64,000 nt of DNA from Octopus vulgaris (GCA_951406725.2 OX597827.1:31620001-31684000); one strand, 5' to 3'. Counted from the first letter of the stretch, positions 1-12,677 are shown. Program-made: numbers and translations. The notes: a model not told the origin generated them from the sequence alone.

Positions 1-438
1 GGGGATGCAAATCCTCTCAGTCGCGTACGACACAATGCGGCACCAGCACAAAAATGAAGCGTCCATCCCGTCTTTCTCTCAATGTAGAATGTGCCACCAG
101 CACGAGGGCCAGTGAGGTGATACATTGAGAGAAAGACGGGATGGACGCTTCATTTTTGTGCTGGTGTCGCATTGTGTCGTACGCGACTGAGAGGATTTGC
201 ATCCCCAACGTAGAATTTTTGATGTAATACATGTCCTTGAAGTAGTGATTGTGCGCGGCTGAAGAAGGCCATAGACACACATTATGCATTGTTATAAATC
301 CGTCTAACAATGGCCTGAAACATATGTACCGCTGAATCCTTGGCATCATGTTTTTATTTTGATTAATTTACTCCACCACCTACACCACCAAACGGTATAT
401 ACAGGTGCTTACAATTATCAAGTACTCACCCTGAATTT

Positions 439-440
<2 letters not shown>
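1..440 (+). mobile_element. Penelope-like element terminal remnant with fold-back and hammerhead motif
   Basis: Inverted arms at 1-86 and 121-206, a complete hammerhead motif at 255-332, and an end in a (TA)n/(CA)n tract. The Penelope-like element (PLE) assignment is inferred from this architecture. Confidence 0.6.
255..332 (+). ncRNA. Type I hammerhead ribozyme motif
   Basis: GCGG-CTGAAGA-AGGCCAT..(37 nt)..ATGGCCT-GAAA-CATATG-TA-CCGC. Core is intact, helix II is 7 bp, helix III is the palindrome ACATATGT, and helix I extends via GATT/AATC. Confidence 0.85.
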
Positions 441-469
<29 letters not shown>

Positions 470-1125
470 TAGAGAGAGAGAGAGAGAAAATTTTTAATGT
501 GTGTGTGTTTTTGTTTTTGTTGTTGTGTCCTTCCCTCATAAGTATGCAAACTTATGTGTGGGGACTTGTCGAAGTCGAGTCGAGTCAAGTCAAGTTTTAC
601 CAGCAGTCATAAACCATACTAATTATAGTTATAATGAGTTAACGCAGGATGATTAAAGGTTGAAGAGCTGAGGGTTGGAAAGGAGGTAATAATACATCTT
701 GGACTTGTAGTACACTGTTGTTGTTGTTATTATTGTTATTAATATTACCGTCGTCGTTGTCATCATCATCATTGTTGTTGTTGTTATTGCTGTTGTTATC
801 ATTATTATTATTGTTGTTGTTGCTATTGTTGTGTTATGAAAAATATCACAAATGTCAACTGCTTTGGCAGAAACAATTCAAAATTTTCCTAAAGAAATTT
901 CTCAACATGTAAAACTATTTCAGTTCATGTAGACATTGTATATATGTATGTAATAGGTGAACATGTGGGTGTGCGATAAGAAGGTTGCTTCCCAACCGCA
1001 TGGTTGTGGGTTCAGTCCCACCATGCAGCATATTGTGCAAGTGTTTTCAACTTATGTCATGGGCTGACCAAAGCTTTCTGAGTAGATATGGTAGATGGAG
1101 ACTGAAAGAAGCCTGTCTCTCCTGG

Positions 1126-1638
1126 ACTAGATATGCTTAATGAAAAATAACTTAATTAACTAAATTTTAACATCAAATCCTCCGAAATAATCACCTTGCC
1201 AAGCAATACACCAATCCTGGCATCTCTGCCACTTTTGGAATCCGGTCTGGAAGTCGTTTTCCATAAGAGCGTCAAAGACCTTCTGCAATCTGCTCTGGAT
1301 CTCAACAAAAGTGTTAAAATGGCGACCTTTGAGCTACATTTTGATCTTGGGTAAGAGATGGAAGTTCACAGGTGCTAAATTGCTGTAAGCTTTCTGGAGA
1401 ATGCTCAATCTCACTGTAGTGGACTTCCTAAGTTTAACGCAAAATTTCAAGTTATCTCTTTGTTCCAAATTCCTGTCCATGACAAAAACTGCAGACTACA
1501 ACGTATATGTGATCACACAAATTTCATAACTTCTGAAGTAAACACAGTATTGTCACTTGGCACACTGCCTCATGAAGGTTACTGCTAGCTCTCACAACCA
1601 TGTGCTACCATCTGTTGGTGTGCTACAGAACTAGTCCA
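1126..1638 (-). mobile_element. Mariner transposon relic (C-terminal transposase, internally deleted)
   Basis: Minus strand reads LAPVNFHLLPKIKM*LKGRHFNTFVEIQSRLQKVFDALMENDFQTGFQKWQRCQDWCIAWQGDY, a typical mariner C-terminus with a stop. Ends are approximate. Confidence 0.8.
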
Positions 1639-2131
1639 AAAACACTTTGATCCTACCTTATAGATATATATTTTTTTTAAATGTCTTGCAAGTACTTGGT
1701 GACCTTGTCAGTGCAGGTGCCACGTAAAAAGCATCCAGTCCACACTGTAAAGTGATTGGCCTTTGGAAGGGCATCCAGCTGTAAAAATCCTGCCAAAACA
1801 GAAGTCTGGTGTGGGCGTCTGCCTGGCTGGTTCTTGTGGTACCATCCCACCCATGCCAACATGCAAGACAAATGTTAAACAATGATGATGATGATGATAT
1901 GAATATGTCTATCTATGTGTATCTTTATGTCTGTATTTGCTCCTGAACACTGCTTGACAACTGGTGTTGCTGTGTTTATGTGGCATAACTTAGTGGTTCG
2001 GCAACAATGATTGATAGAATAAGTACCAGGCTTAAAAAGAAGTAAGCCCTGGGGCTGATTTGTTCAACTAAAAATTCTTCAAAGGGATGCCCCAGCATGA
2101 CCACAGCTTAATGACTGAAACAAGTAAAAGA

Positions 2132-2168
<37 letters not shown>

Positions 2169-2464
2169 CAAATATGGTGGTTCATCAACTTTTGGACATT
2201 AAAATGTTAACTTATTTATTTGTTAAACTGATAATTATAACATACATACATATAGCATATTATTCTTTACATATAAGATATAAGATATAAAATATAGTAA
2301 TATATAAGGATGCCAGTAATTATAATAAACATGAATATAAATTGGTAAAATAACTTACAGGTGTTTCAGCCAATAGACAAAAGTACCTCATTCTACCTAT
2401 ATTACTCAAGTGGATTGAGGTAATAGGTAGATGACCATGAGGTACTTGTATATATATATATATT

Positions 2465-2855
2465 CTTTTATTCTTTTACTTGTTTCAGTCATTTGACTGT
2501 GCCATGCTGGAGCACTGCCTGTAGTCAAAGAAATCGAACCCAGGACTTATTCTTTGTAAGCCTAGTACATATTCTACTGGTCTCTTTTGCTGAACCGCTA
2601 AGTAACGAGGATGTAAACACACCAGCATTGATTGTCAAGCAATGGAGGGGGGATAAACACAGACACACAAACACATACACACACGCACACACATATACGA
2701 CGGGTTTCTTCCAGTTTCCATCAACCTGATCTACTCACAAGGCTTAGATCAGCCCGAGGCTATAGTAGAAGACATTTGCCCAAGGTGCCATGTAGTAGGA
2801 CTGAACCTGAAACTATGTGGTTGGTAAGCAAGCTACGTACCGCACAGCCTCTCCT
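2465..2855 (-). mobile_element. tRNA-derived SINE family A (representative of >15 copies)
   Basis: Head GGCTGTGCGGTA...GGTTCAGTCC (A/B-box like), core CCTTGGGCAA..GTCTTCTACTATAGCC, tail ...ACTGAAACAAGTAAAAGA. Other copies lie near 960, 6726, 11899, 16460, 23005, 27700, 29028, 33345, 33716, 35390, 37605, 38838, 39140, 47236, 59620 and 63727. Confidence 0.85.
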
Positions 2856-3113
2856 ATATATTTTTACAGAAAACAAAAGAGGAAGACAGGTGATGGAAGA
2901 ACAAGCAGGTGTATTAGTTTCATGCTCAGGAAGAATGGAAAAGTCTTTGACATTTCGAGCATATGCTCTTCGACAGAGCTGATCGAAAGGGGAAAAATGA
3001 AGAGAGAATGCATAAAAAGCACAGAGAGAGGAAAAAAATGTGCATGGATTATTGGTTCAACAGGATTATGTATGTGTGTATATATATATACACATACATA
3101 ATCTTGTTGAACC

Positions 3114-3151
<38 letters not shown>

Positions 3152-3159
3152 TGCCATGT

Positions 3160-3348
3160 TGGATCGTTAGCCCCTACACGCAATTTTTTTCTCTCCTTGT
3201 TTCTTTTCTGTGTATCTTTCTGTCGAAGAGCGTAGGCTCAAAATGTAAAAGACTTGTTTTATTTCTATTCCTGAGCGCCATACTAATACTTTGTTTGTTT
3301 GTACTCCACCTGGCTTCGTCTTTTGTTTATTTTCGTAAACCTTCCCGT
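3160..3348 (+). mobile_element. Short Penelope-like terminal fragment (family also at 29423-29548 and 42664-42850)
   Basis: Three homologous copies sit in microsatellites, each with TTCTGTNRAAGAGY(G/A)TAGGCTCAAAAYGTAAAA, a degenerate hammerhead-like motif. Confidence 0.5.
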
Positions 3349-3414
3349 TATATATATATATATACAGATATAGATATATATACATACACACACACATACA
3401 CATATATGTGTGTG

Positions 3415-3748
3415 GAGACCCCCTTTGGTCATGTATGACCATGGGATTGCACCTAGAAAGTTACCATCCAAGGCACAAGTCTGGGCAAGGTTGTTTATGG
3501 AAGGCCAGCAGTCACCCATGCATATCGGCCTCCCCTCTCCACACCACCGACGTTATCCAAGGGAAAGGCAAAGGTCGATACAGCTTGGCACCAGTGACAT
3601 TGCAATTCATTTCTACAGCTGAGTGAACTGGAGCAATGTGAAATAAAGTGTCTTGCTCAAGAACACAACACGCAGCCCTGTCCAGGAATTGAACCCACAA
3701 CCTCACGATCATAAGCTCAACGCTCTAACCACAGAGCCAAGCACCTTC
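3415..3748 (-). mobile_element. tRNA-derived SINE family C
   Basis: Homologous to 58322-58661. tRNA-like head GGCTCTGTGGTTAGAGCG...GGTTCAATTCC followed by TTCTTGAGCAAGACACTTTA. Confidence 0.85.
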
Positions 3749-3848
3749 ACACGCACACACACACACACATACATATATATATGTATATATATATATATAC
3801 ATGCATATATATATACATATGTATATATATATATATACGTATATATAC

Positions 3849-3893
<45 letters not shown>

Positions 3894-4140
3894 AATATGT
3901 ATGTATATGCTGTTTGCCTGCCTCCTCTGGGTCCTGTGCCGGTGGCATGTAAAAAGCACCCACTACACTCACGGGAGTGGTTGGCGTTAGGAAGGGCATC
4001 CAGCTGTAGAAACGCTGCCAGATCAGACTGGAGCCTGGTGCAGCCTCCTGGCTTACCAGACCCCGGTCGAACCATCCAACCCATGCTAGCATGGAAAACG
4101 GACATTAAAAGATGATGATGATGATGATGATATATATAGG

Positions 4141-4214
<74 letters not shown>

Positions 4215-4229
4215 CATACATATACATAC

Positions 4230-4275
<46 letters not shown>

Positions 4276-6881
4276 CATACATACATATACATACATACAT
4301 ATATATATTGACATACATATATATGTATACATATATGTGTGTGTGTGTATTATAGTTATTTTACATTTGCAAGTCACTGAAAATAAAACAAAAGAAATAA
4401 GAAAAATATGTTTAACAAAAGAAATGATATTTTTTTGTAAAAATATTAGCGATTATCATAGAACACTTAAATTTTACCTAAAAATCTATTTTAAAAAAGT
4501 CTATATATAACTATATACATAAATATATTTCCTTTTATTAAGGCAGTAAGCTGGTAAAACCGTTAAAACGTAGAACAAAATACCTAGTGGTATTTCTTCT
4601 GACTCAATACATTGCAAGTTCAAATTCCGCCAAGGTCATCATTGCCTTTCATCCCTCCAAGGTCGATAAAATCAGCACTAATCAAGTACTGGGTTGATGT
4701 AATCATCCTGCCCACCACCTGCTAACATTGCTGGCCCTGTGCCAAAATTTGAATATATTGGTGTTATTTTTCTTGGCATGCTGTCAAGCTACCAGAATCA
4801 TTAGCACACCAGGCAAAATGCTTAGAAGCATTTCTTCTGGGTCTTTGTAGTTCTGAGATCAAATCCCACCGTGGTCAACTTTGCCAGTCCTTTCATGGTC
4901 GGCAAAATAAGTACCAATCAAACTCTGGGGTCAATGTAATTGGCTAATGCCTCCCACCAAACTTGCTGGCCCTGTGCCAAATTTTGAAACAGCCATTGCC
5001 GTCGCCATCGCCATCACCATCACCATCATCATCATTTATATAATATTATTGTCTCATGGCAGCCAATTCATGTTACAGAACAGTTTCATGCTAATTCTGT
5101 TCCAGAAATGGAGAGGTGAATTTAGCAATCATCAGACAGAGCTGAATGTGAAAAAATATGGTTTAGGAACTTTTTCTACTGGAGGCCTGAAAATGTCACA
5201 TTTGGTTTGCAGGTTTCAAAGTTATTAAAAAATTGGAATTAAATTAATGGCTGAATGAATACAGCCATAGGAAATAAACTAACAGAACAAAAGGATGAAA
5301 AGAAAACAACTCTGGCACTTAAGACCATTGGAGTTATGTGCCTTGGATTTTTTTTTTTTTAGCAGTGACCTGCATACCAGCATTCAGATGGCCAAAAGTA
5401 CATAATCAGTTTTATGCAATATTTGATGGTAAGGTGAAGCAAGGAGAAAGGAGAAGTGTAGATAGAGAGAAAGACAGATAGGGGTGCAGGGAGAAGTGAA
5501 GTATTACATAGAGGGAGAAGTGGGAGAGGGTTATTTTTTTAAAACCATGTGGTCATGTAAATGCATGTACGTGCATAAGTGTGTATAAATAAGTTCTGGG
5601 TTTTGTGTGTGGTAAGAAATAACTCTTTATTTACTGTGAGGGAAGCACCAATGGGATAACAGCCAACTCTTATACTTAAGGTGTACTCAACCAGCTGGTT
5701 AATATAAACTTGGGCTCATGAGAGCAGGAGGAAAAGAAATCTTTAAAAGTTCAGATTGACTCCAAGGTAGGGGGAGTTTTCCAACATGATTCTTTTTTCT
5801 GCACAACAAAGTCTGCATCTTTTACTGCTTTTGAGATAAGGTCTGCATTTATCTAGAAGTCCCCTCTCAATGTTATACTGTTCAGCATTTTGATTTAATA
5901 TATATATATTTGCCTCAATAGTATGGTGATGTTACTTCACTCTTAGATATTAAATGATAGGACTTGTGGTTAAGCCTAGTCTTAAAGGGCCTTCTGTTAT
6001 GCCCTCATATTTCCATACATCTGACATTCAACTGGGATCATATTAGACTACCTCCATTTGAAACACAAACTTCTGTTCCATATTGATCATTCAATGGGTA
6101 TGTGACACTTTGTCACATACCCATGTCAGATAAGGTAGTCTTAGACACACTATGTTTCTGGGAGAGAAAATGCTAAAAATATGATGATCATGACAACAAT
6201 ACCTCTGATCAAACAAATGCACCATCAGGACTGACCTAGGGTTAAACAATAACAACAGCTCACATCACAACAAAGAAGTGACCCTTTATTCATCATCATC
6301 ATTTGACATCTGTTGTCCATGTTGGCATGGGTTGGATGGTTTGACTGGGGTTGGCAAGGCTGGAAGGCTGCACCAGACTCCAGTCTATGAAAATTAAATG
6401 ACATTGTTAAAGCTTTGTGTGACCTGGGGTCAGCAAAGTGGTTGATATTGACTCCTGGAGGTGAGGGCTGATATGGCTGTCCAAGGAGTCGATAAATACT
6501 GGAAACAATTTAGAGCATCAAAGGTGCTGCATTGCCAGTAAACTGAATCTATAAGAGAGCAGTAATTTTAGGCTAAATAAAACTCGTTAATTTCCAGCAA
6601 TATTAATTAGCATTATTCCCCAAACACATATTTCACATTAAATATTCTGACTATATCAATATAATAGGACTGAATTCATATTGTTCTTCATTAATTTCAT
6701 TAAATATTTTCGTTAAATTTCCTTAGGCGTAGGAGTGGCTGTGTGGTAAGTAGCTTGCTTACAAACCACATGGTTCCGGGTTCAGTCTCACTGTGTGACA
6801 CCTTGGGCAAGTGTCTTCTACTATAGCCTCAGACCACCTTGTGAGTGGATTTGGTAAATGGAAACTGAAAGGAGTCTGTTG

Positions 6882-6914
<33 letters not shown>

Positions 6915-7019
6915 ATGAGGGTGTCTGAGAGACACCACCATGCCGAAATAGCAGTCGAAACTCTGACTATAAGAACCACGTTAAATGTTCATATCGTACC
7001 AAGCAAAAGTTATTGAATA

Positions 7020-7078
7020 ATTCAAGATCCAGGATTTCTGGTTTTGCTTTAAATAAGCTTTACCGTCATCAGTTGAAT
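7020..7078 (-). ncRNA. Type I hammerhead ribozyme motif (intact core)
   Basis: Minus strand: ATTCAA-CTGATGA-CGGT..GCTT/AAGC..ACCA-GAAA-TCCTGGA-TC-TTGAAT. The first helix II pair is a C.A mismatch. Confidence 0.75.
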
Positions 7079-7444
7079 ATATCAAGAGTACATAAATACA
7101 GATATATATATGCAGAACAAACGATATACTTACATATACAAATGTTCATACATACATACGTACGTATGCACACGGCCAGTTAAATTGCCTGCCAAAACAC
7201 CCCATAAGCACGATATGGTTAAAATAAATATTCAAATATCGATATTATCCTCATTTATAAATTTATATAATTCGTTATTATATTCACTGCGGTGTTTATT
7301 TTAACCATATCGTGCGTATGGGGTGTTTTGGCGGGCAATTTAACTGGCCGTGTGCATACGTACATATCTATGTATGGACGTTCGTATATGTAAGTATATC
7401 GTTTGTTCTGCATATATATATCTGTATTTATGTACTCTTGATAT

Positions 7445-7503
7445 ATTCAACCGATGACGGTAAAGCTTATTTAAAGCAAAACCAGAAATCCTGGATCTTG
7501 AAT
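7445..7503 (+). ncRNA. Type I hammerhead motif, U4C variant copy
   Basis: ATTCAA-CCGATGA-...-GAAA-TCCTGGA-TC-TTGAAT, the inverted twin of 7020-7078. Confidence 0.6.
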
Positions 7504-7732
7504 TATTCAATAACTTTTGCTTGTCTATTTTGTCCCTCTGTCTTATCTCATGGTACGATATGAACATTTAACGTGGTTCTTATAGTCAGAGTTTCGACTG
7601 CTATTTTGGCATGGTGGTGTCTCTCAGACACCCTCATTTTTAATTGTAAAAATTATTACCTTTGTACGGTATTCTTTTCCCATGGTGGCCACTTGATAAT
7701 ATCGATATTTAAATATCGATATTATCCTCATT

Positions 7733-7777
<45 letters not shown>

Positions 7778-8285
7778 ATATGCTTGTGTGTCTGTGTTTG
7801 TTCTTCCAACATCGCTTGACAATCGATGCTGGCGTGTTTATGTCCCCATTACTTAGAGATTTAGCAAAAGAGTCAGAATAAATACTAGGCTCACAAAGAA
7901 TAAGTCCTGGGGGTCGATTTGCTCGACTAAAGGCGGTGCTCCAGCATGGCCACAGTCATAAAAAAACGAAGAAGTTACTCCTTTTAAATCTTTATACACT
8001 AATTAAATTTAGTTAAAGATTAAATATTAATTATACAGTAATCAAATAGAAACATTAAAATAATCCTTTTTACTACTGGCAATTTTGGGCAAAGGGGAAG
8101 GTACTTGTTGATTAGATCAAGCCCCCCACCCCACCTCCCCAGTGCATGACTGGTACTTATTTCATCGATCCCAAAAGAATGAAAGGCAAAGTTGACTTCA
8201 GTGGAATTTGAACTCAGAACTAAGCATTTTGTCTGGCGTGCTAACAATTCTGCCAACACAGACGTTAAACATTTATCTATCTTTT

Positions 8286-8802
8286 ATCATCATCACCACC
8301 AGCACCATTATCATCATCACCACCACTACCCTCATCATCATGATCATCATCGTCACCACCACCCTTATCATCATCACCACCACCACCCATATCATCATCA
8401 CCATCACCACCCTCATCATCATGATCATCATCACCACCACCCACATCATCATCATCATCACCACCACTACCCTCATCATCATGATCATCATCGTCACCAC
8501 CACCCTTATCATCATCATCACCACCACCTACATCATCATCATCATCACCACCACCACCCACATCATCATCACTACCACCACCATCATCATCACCACCACT
8601 ACCCTCATCATCATGATCATCATCGTCACCGCCACCCTTATCATCATCACAACCACCACCCACATCATTATCATCACCATCATCACCACCACTACCCTCA
8701 TCATCATGATCATCATCGTCACCACCAACCTTATCATCATCACCACCACCACCCACATCATCATCATCATCACCACCACCACCACCACCAGCACCATCAT
8801 CA
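8286..8802. repeat. Compound (CAT/CAC)n microsatellite with higher-order unit
   Basis: The block CACTACCCTCATCATCATGATCATCATCGTCACC..CCCTTATC recurs four times. Confidence 0.9.
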
Positions 8803-11279
8803 TGTTTTGCTAATCTCTTTATTCTGACCTGGGTCTGACACTGGGGTACCTTGTTTCTATGTCCCGATACCCTTCCAGTCGCCAACTGTCACTTGTTTCC
8901 AAACAAGATAATCATCTTCCGGTCTGTCAAAAATAGTAACAGCCAAGACATATTTTAAGTGAAGAACTGGAAACAAGCAACACGAAATGAGTCTTTTGCT
9001 TATAAAGACTGTGCAACAGGTCAAGAAGTCTGGACATGCTTTTGTGGCAGACAACAAGCAAATGAAACCAGCAGATGCAATGGAAATACAAACTCACACA
9101 CACACACTAGGCTTGTCTTTAAACTGCTCCTGATAGTGAGTCCCTAGTTTGGGAGTTCCAAGGTTTTGAACAATGTGGAACCCCCTCTTAGCCACTACTG
9201 TTGCCATGTCTATTCTGTCAAGGTCCCAACTATGGATTAATTAGCATGGTAGGGAAGAAGCTCCCAACACAATCTCTCACTGCCTTGTGAAAGAAAAAGG
9301 TTTCGGGAGTCAACCTCAACAGCAGATCAAGGAGTTGAGTCCCTCAGGTGGTCTGGTGCCCCTTTTTGATACCTTTCTTGGCAACTCCAGGGTAGTTGGA
9401 GCTCTCCAGCCCTGTAAAGTAATCCACTTTGGACAAGGCCATTACAATGTAATGGCCTACAGCTTGCTGGTCACTGCAGCTATTTTAGCCAACTGGACCA
9501 CTGTGGTCAGACCTCCAAGTCTAAAGAGTGGGATCAGCTTGTGTGGACTGACTCTCACTTGAAAACCATTAACCACAGGCAGGAAGAAAAAGCCCTGCAG
9601 TGTCAGGGATCAGTTTGCATAGCCAACTAAGGACATGCTGCTCTTCCTCATGATCTTCAGACACAAAGAGACTGCCATCATATATGTATATAAGACAGGC
9701 TTCTTTCAGTTTCCAACTTGCCATGGCTATACTTTCCCAAGGTACCATTCCGTGAGGTTGAAAAACAGAAAGCACATGAGTGGAAGAAAAATTTCTCGAC
9801 AACACAGTCATACCAATACGATTAAATTCATAAACACATTGAATAATCTTTTCTACTCTAGGCACAAGGCCCAAAATTAGATCGACCCCAATATGCAACT
9901 GGTACCTAATTTATCAACCCTGAAAAGGCAAAGTTGACCTCGGCAGAATTTGAACTCAGAACGTAAAAACAGACAAAATACTGCTAAGCATTTCGCCCCG
10001 TGTGCCAACATTTCTGCCAGCTCACTGACTTAAACACATTGAACAATATTTATACAGTAATTAAGGAGGCAAACTGGAAGAATCGTTAGCATGCTGGGCA
10101 AAACACTTGACCACATTTTATCCATCTTTACATTCTGAGTTCAAATTCTGTCAACGCCAAATTTGTTTTTCATCCTTTCAGGAACAAAAAAAATAAGTAC
10201 TAGTTGAACACTGAGGTCAATGAAATTAACTTATGTCCTCCCTTGAATTTTCTAGCCCTGTACTGAAATTTGAAACCAATATTTATTTAATAATTAAATT
10301 TATGTAGTCGTCAAGTAATTCATTTTGTATGCTTTTTAATTCCTATAAGCAAAAGACATAATAACATTTATTTTTTTCTCTATTTATTATAATAATGATT
10401 GCAAGAGGAGAAGATAATTGTTTGGTCATGTGCTTTTAAAAGAGAATAAGAAGATATTATTGTCAAATAAACTGTTATTAATTTAGCTTTTTTTTTTTTT
10501 GTTTATTCATTGCAAAAAAAAAAAGAACATGACGTAAATGAGACATAAATGTTTTACTGTGACAGACCGGTCATAGTGCGAACAAAAACCAAAAATGTGA
10601 AAATATTTAAAGAATGATTGTTGTGATAAAATAACAGAAGGCAAGAACGTCCAACTGGATATGAGAATGATTTTCTAAATTAAAAATGTTTTAACATTAA
10701 TGTTTTCTATGATATATGTTTACACACACACACACACACACACCAACCATACCACACGTATGTTGATGACACTGAAAACAACAATGACATTGATTAAAAT
10801 GGTGACGACATTGGTGCTGGTGATGATGACAATGATGAGGATAAGGCTGTTGACAGTGAAGATGATGATGCAGACAAAGAAGGGACTGATGTGGCAGAGT
10901 TGTCAGAGTGTAGGACAAAGCCAAAATAACTCCCAGTATTTTGTTACAGTTTCCTTTGCCCTCAGAGTTCAAATCTCATCAGGGGCAACTTAGCCTCTCA
11001 TAATATTTCTGACAAAGTGGTGAGGGAAGCATTGATAAAATTCTATAATAGTTTAGGGTTGAATTGCAAGAACTTTGGTTTGGATTCTTTGCAGTGTTTG
11101 TTCTGGATCTTTATGGTTTGAGTTCAAATCCAACCACGGCCCCTGTTTGCATCACCAAACCCATACATATGGGATGTCCAGGCTAAATTTGACAGTCTGC
11201 ATAAATGGAGAAGGAAACACAATATATCAAACCCAAAAATAAGAATATATTTAAAAATCAAAAAATATCCACAAAAGAT

Positions 11280-11650
11280 CAGTGATTCTCAAAGTGGGTG
11301 GTGGAAAGATCCGGGTGCAGATTGATGAAAAATGGGGCGATAATGGGGTACCAAAACAGGGCAATGGATGTAAAATAAAAAATAACAGGTCAATTAGATT
11401 AAGTTTTATTTGTAAAATACTACGCCATATGTCCATGGGCATATGGCGTAGTGGTTAAGAGCACAGGCTACTAACCCCAAGATTCCAAGTTCGATTCCAG
11501 GCAGTGACCTGAATAATAATAACAGTGAAATACTGTTGTTTTGAATATGCTGCAGAAAATGGTCTGTGCTTGTGATGGAGAATGGGGGGAGGGTACTAGG
11601 AATGTGACCCTTGAAGGGGGCAGCAGCCTGAAAAAGTTTGGGAACCACTG
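11280..11650. mobile_element. hAT(Charlie)-like MITE
   Basis: TIRs CAGTGATTCTCAAAGT / AGTTTGGGAACCACTG, with a degenerate 8-bp TSD CAAAAGAT / CAGTAGAT. Confidence 0.7.
11418..11523 (+). mobile_element. Short tRNA-derived retroposed element with 5' inverted duplication
   Basis: TGGCGTAGTGG (A box), CTACTAA loop, GTTCGATTC (B box) and an (AAT)n tail. It is preceded by the reverse complement of its own 5' end (ACTACGCCATATGTCC). Confidence 0.7.
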
Positions 11651-12280
11651 CAGTAGATTATGACAGAGAGATAACAGTTTACTCAAAGTAGCTGCCCTCA
11701 GTGAAGAAGGCGAAGATGGTGAAGGAGGAGGAGGTGGAGGAAGAACAGGAAAAGAAGGAGGTGGTGGCAGAGGAGGAGTGAAGCAGTCAGGGGAGACACA
11801 GGAGACAGAGGAGAAGGATGATGAAGAACAACAATAAAAACGGCCACATCAACATGAACGCCATCGGCCCCTATACGACTGTGAGGAGTCTATGATACCT
11901 TTGGGCAGGTGTCTTCTACTGTAGCTTTGGGCCGACCAAAACCTTGTGAGAGGACTCGGTAGATAGAAACTGAATGAAGCCTGCCGTATATATACGTGTA
12001 CGCGTGTTTGTGTGTGTGTGTTCCCCATCACTGCTTAACAACTGATGTTGGTGTGTTTATGTCCCCATGACTAAACGGTTCAGCAAAAACGAAAGTGAAA
12101 GAATAAGCCCCTGGTTTAAAAAGGAAAAACATACTGGGGTTGATTCATTCAACTAAAAATTCTTCAAGGCTGTGCCCCAGCATGGCCACAAACTAATGAT
12201 TGAAACAAGTAAAAAAAAAAGATATAAACTCCGTTAGCAATGAACCAATGACAGATGAGGGTCACTATGAGGGTGAGTCG

Positions 12281-12646
12281 GGTAATCTGTCAGTTTAGGG
12301 TGTTTAAAAAAGTAAATAAAAAAGGGGGGAATAACAAGCGGGTAGAAATAAGTAGACCTGGGTGGCGATCTTTCATTTTGACTGGAATTCTGTCAACAAA
12401 CTACTTGGTAATTTCTGTGAGCACGTGTTGTCTCGTCAACTGTCAGTTAAAGTATCAAAGTGGAAAGAGAAAGCTGATGGGGTGTACGTGCATGTATGCT
12501 TGTTCCACTGTGTGTGTGTGTGTGTGTGTGCGCGCGCGCGCGCTTGTTCTTGTTTGTGTGTTGGCGTAATTTCGTTATATCTACGTTCCACAACACGTAA
12601 ATATACGAAAACAGAACAAGCACACGCACACACACACAGGAACAAG

Positions 12647-12677
<31 letters not shown>

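Larger units (their letters stand above)
6907..7740 (+). mobile_element. Penelope-like inverted/tandem pseudo-LTR remnant
   Basis: Inverted arms at 6907-7230 and 7293-7645. The spacer 7232-7261 is repeated directly at the 3' end (7709-7740). Each arm has a hammerhead motif and the element is flanked by (TA)n. Confidence 0.75.

Noticed and set aside
5080-5190. Possible short exon (minus-strand PPVEKVPKPYFFTFSSV*)
   Set aside because: A plausible acceptor only, with no homology or partner exon identified.
6920-6970. Additional hammerhead (CTGAGAGA...GAAA)
   Set aside because: Helices I and III cannot be formed convincingly.
8192-8885. His-rich 211-aa and Gly/Asp-rich 202-aa ORFs
   Set aside because: Read-through of a (CAT/CAC)n compound microsatellite. 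The plus-strand ORF starts inside a SINE, several frames are open and there is no splice context.
11437-11510. Functional tRNA gene
   Set aside because: Acceptor and anticodon stems pair poorly, there is no oligo-T terminator, and it has an (AAT)n tail. It is a SINE-like derivative.
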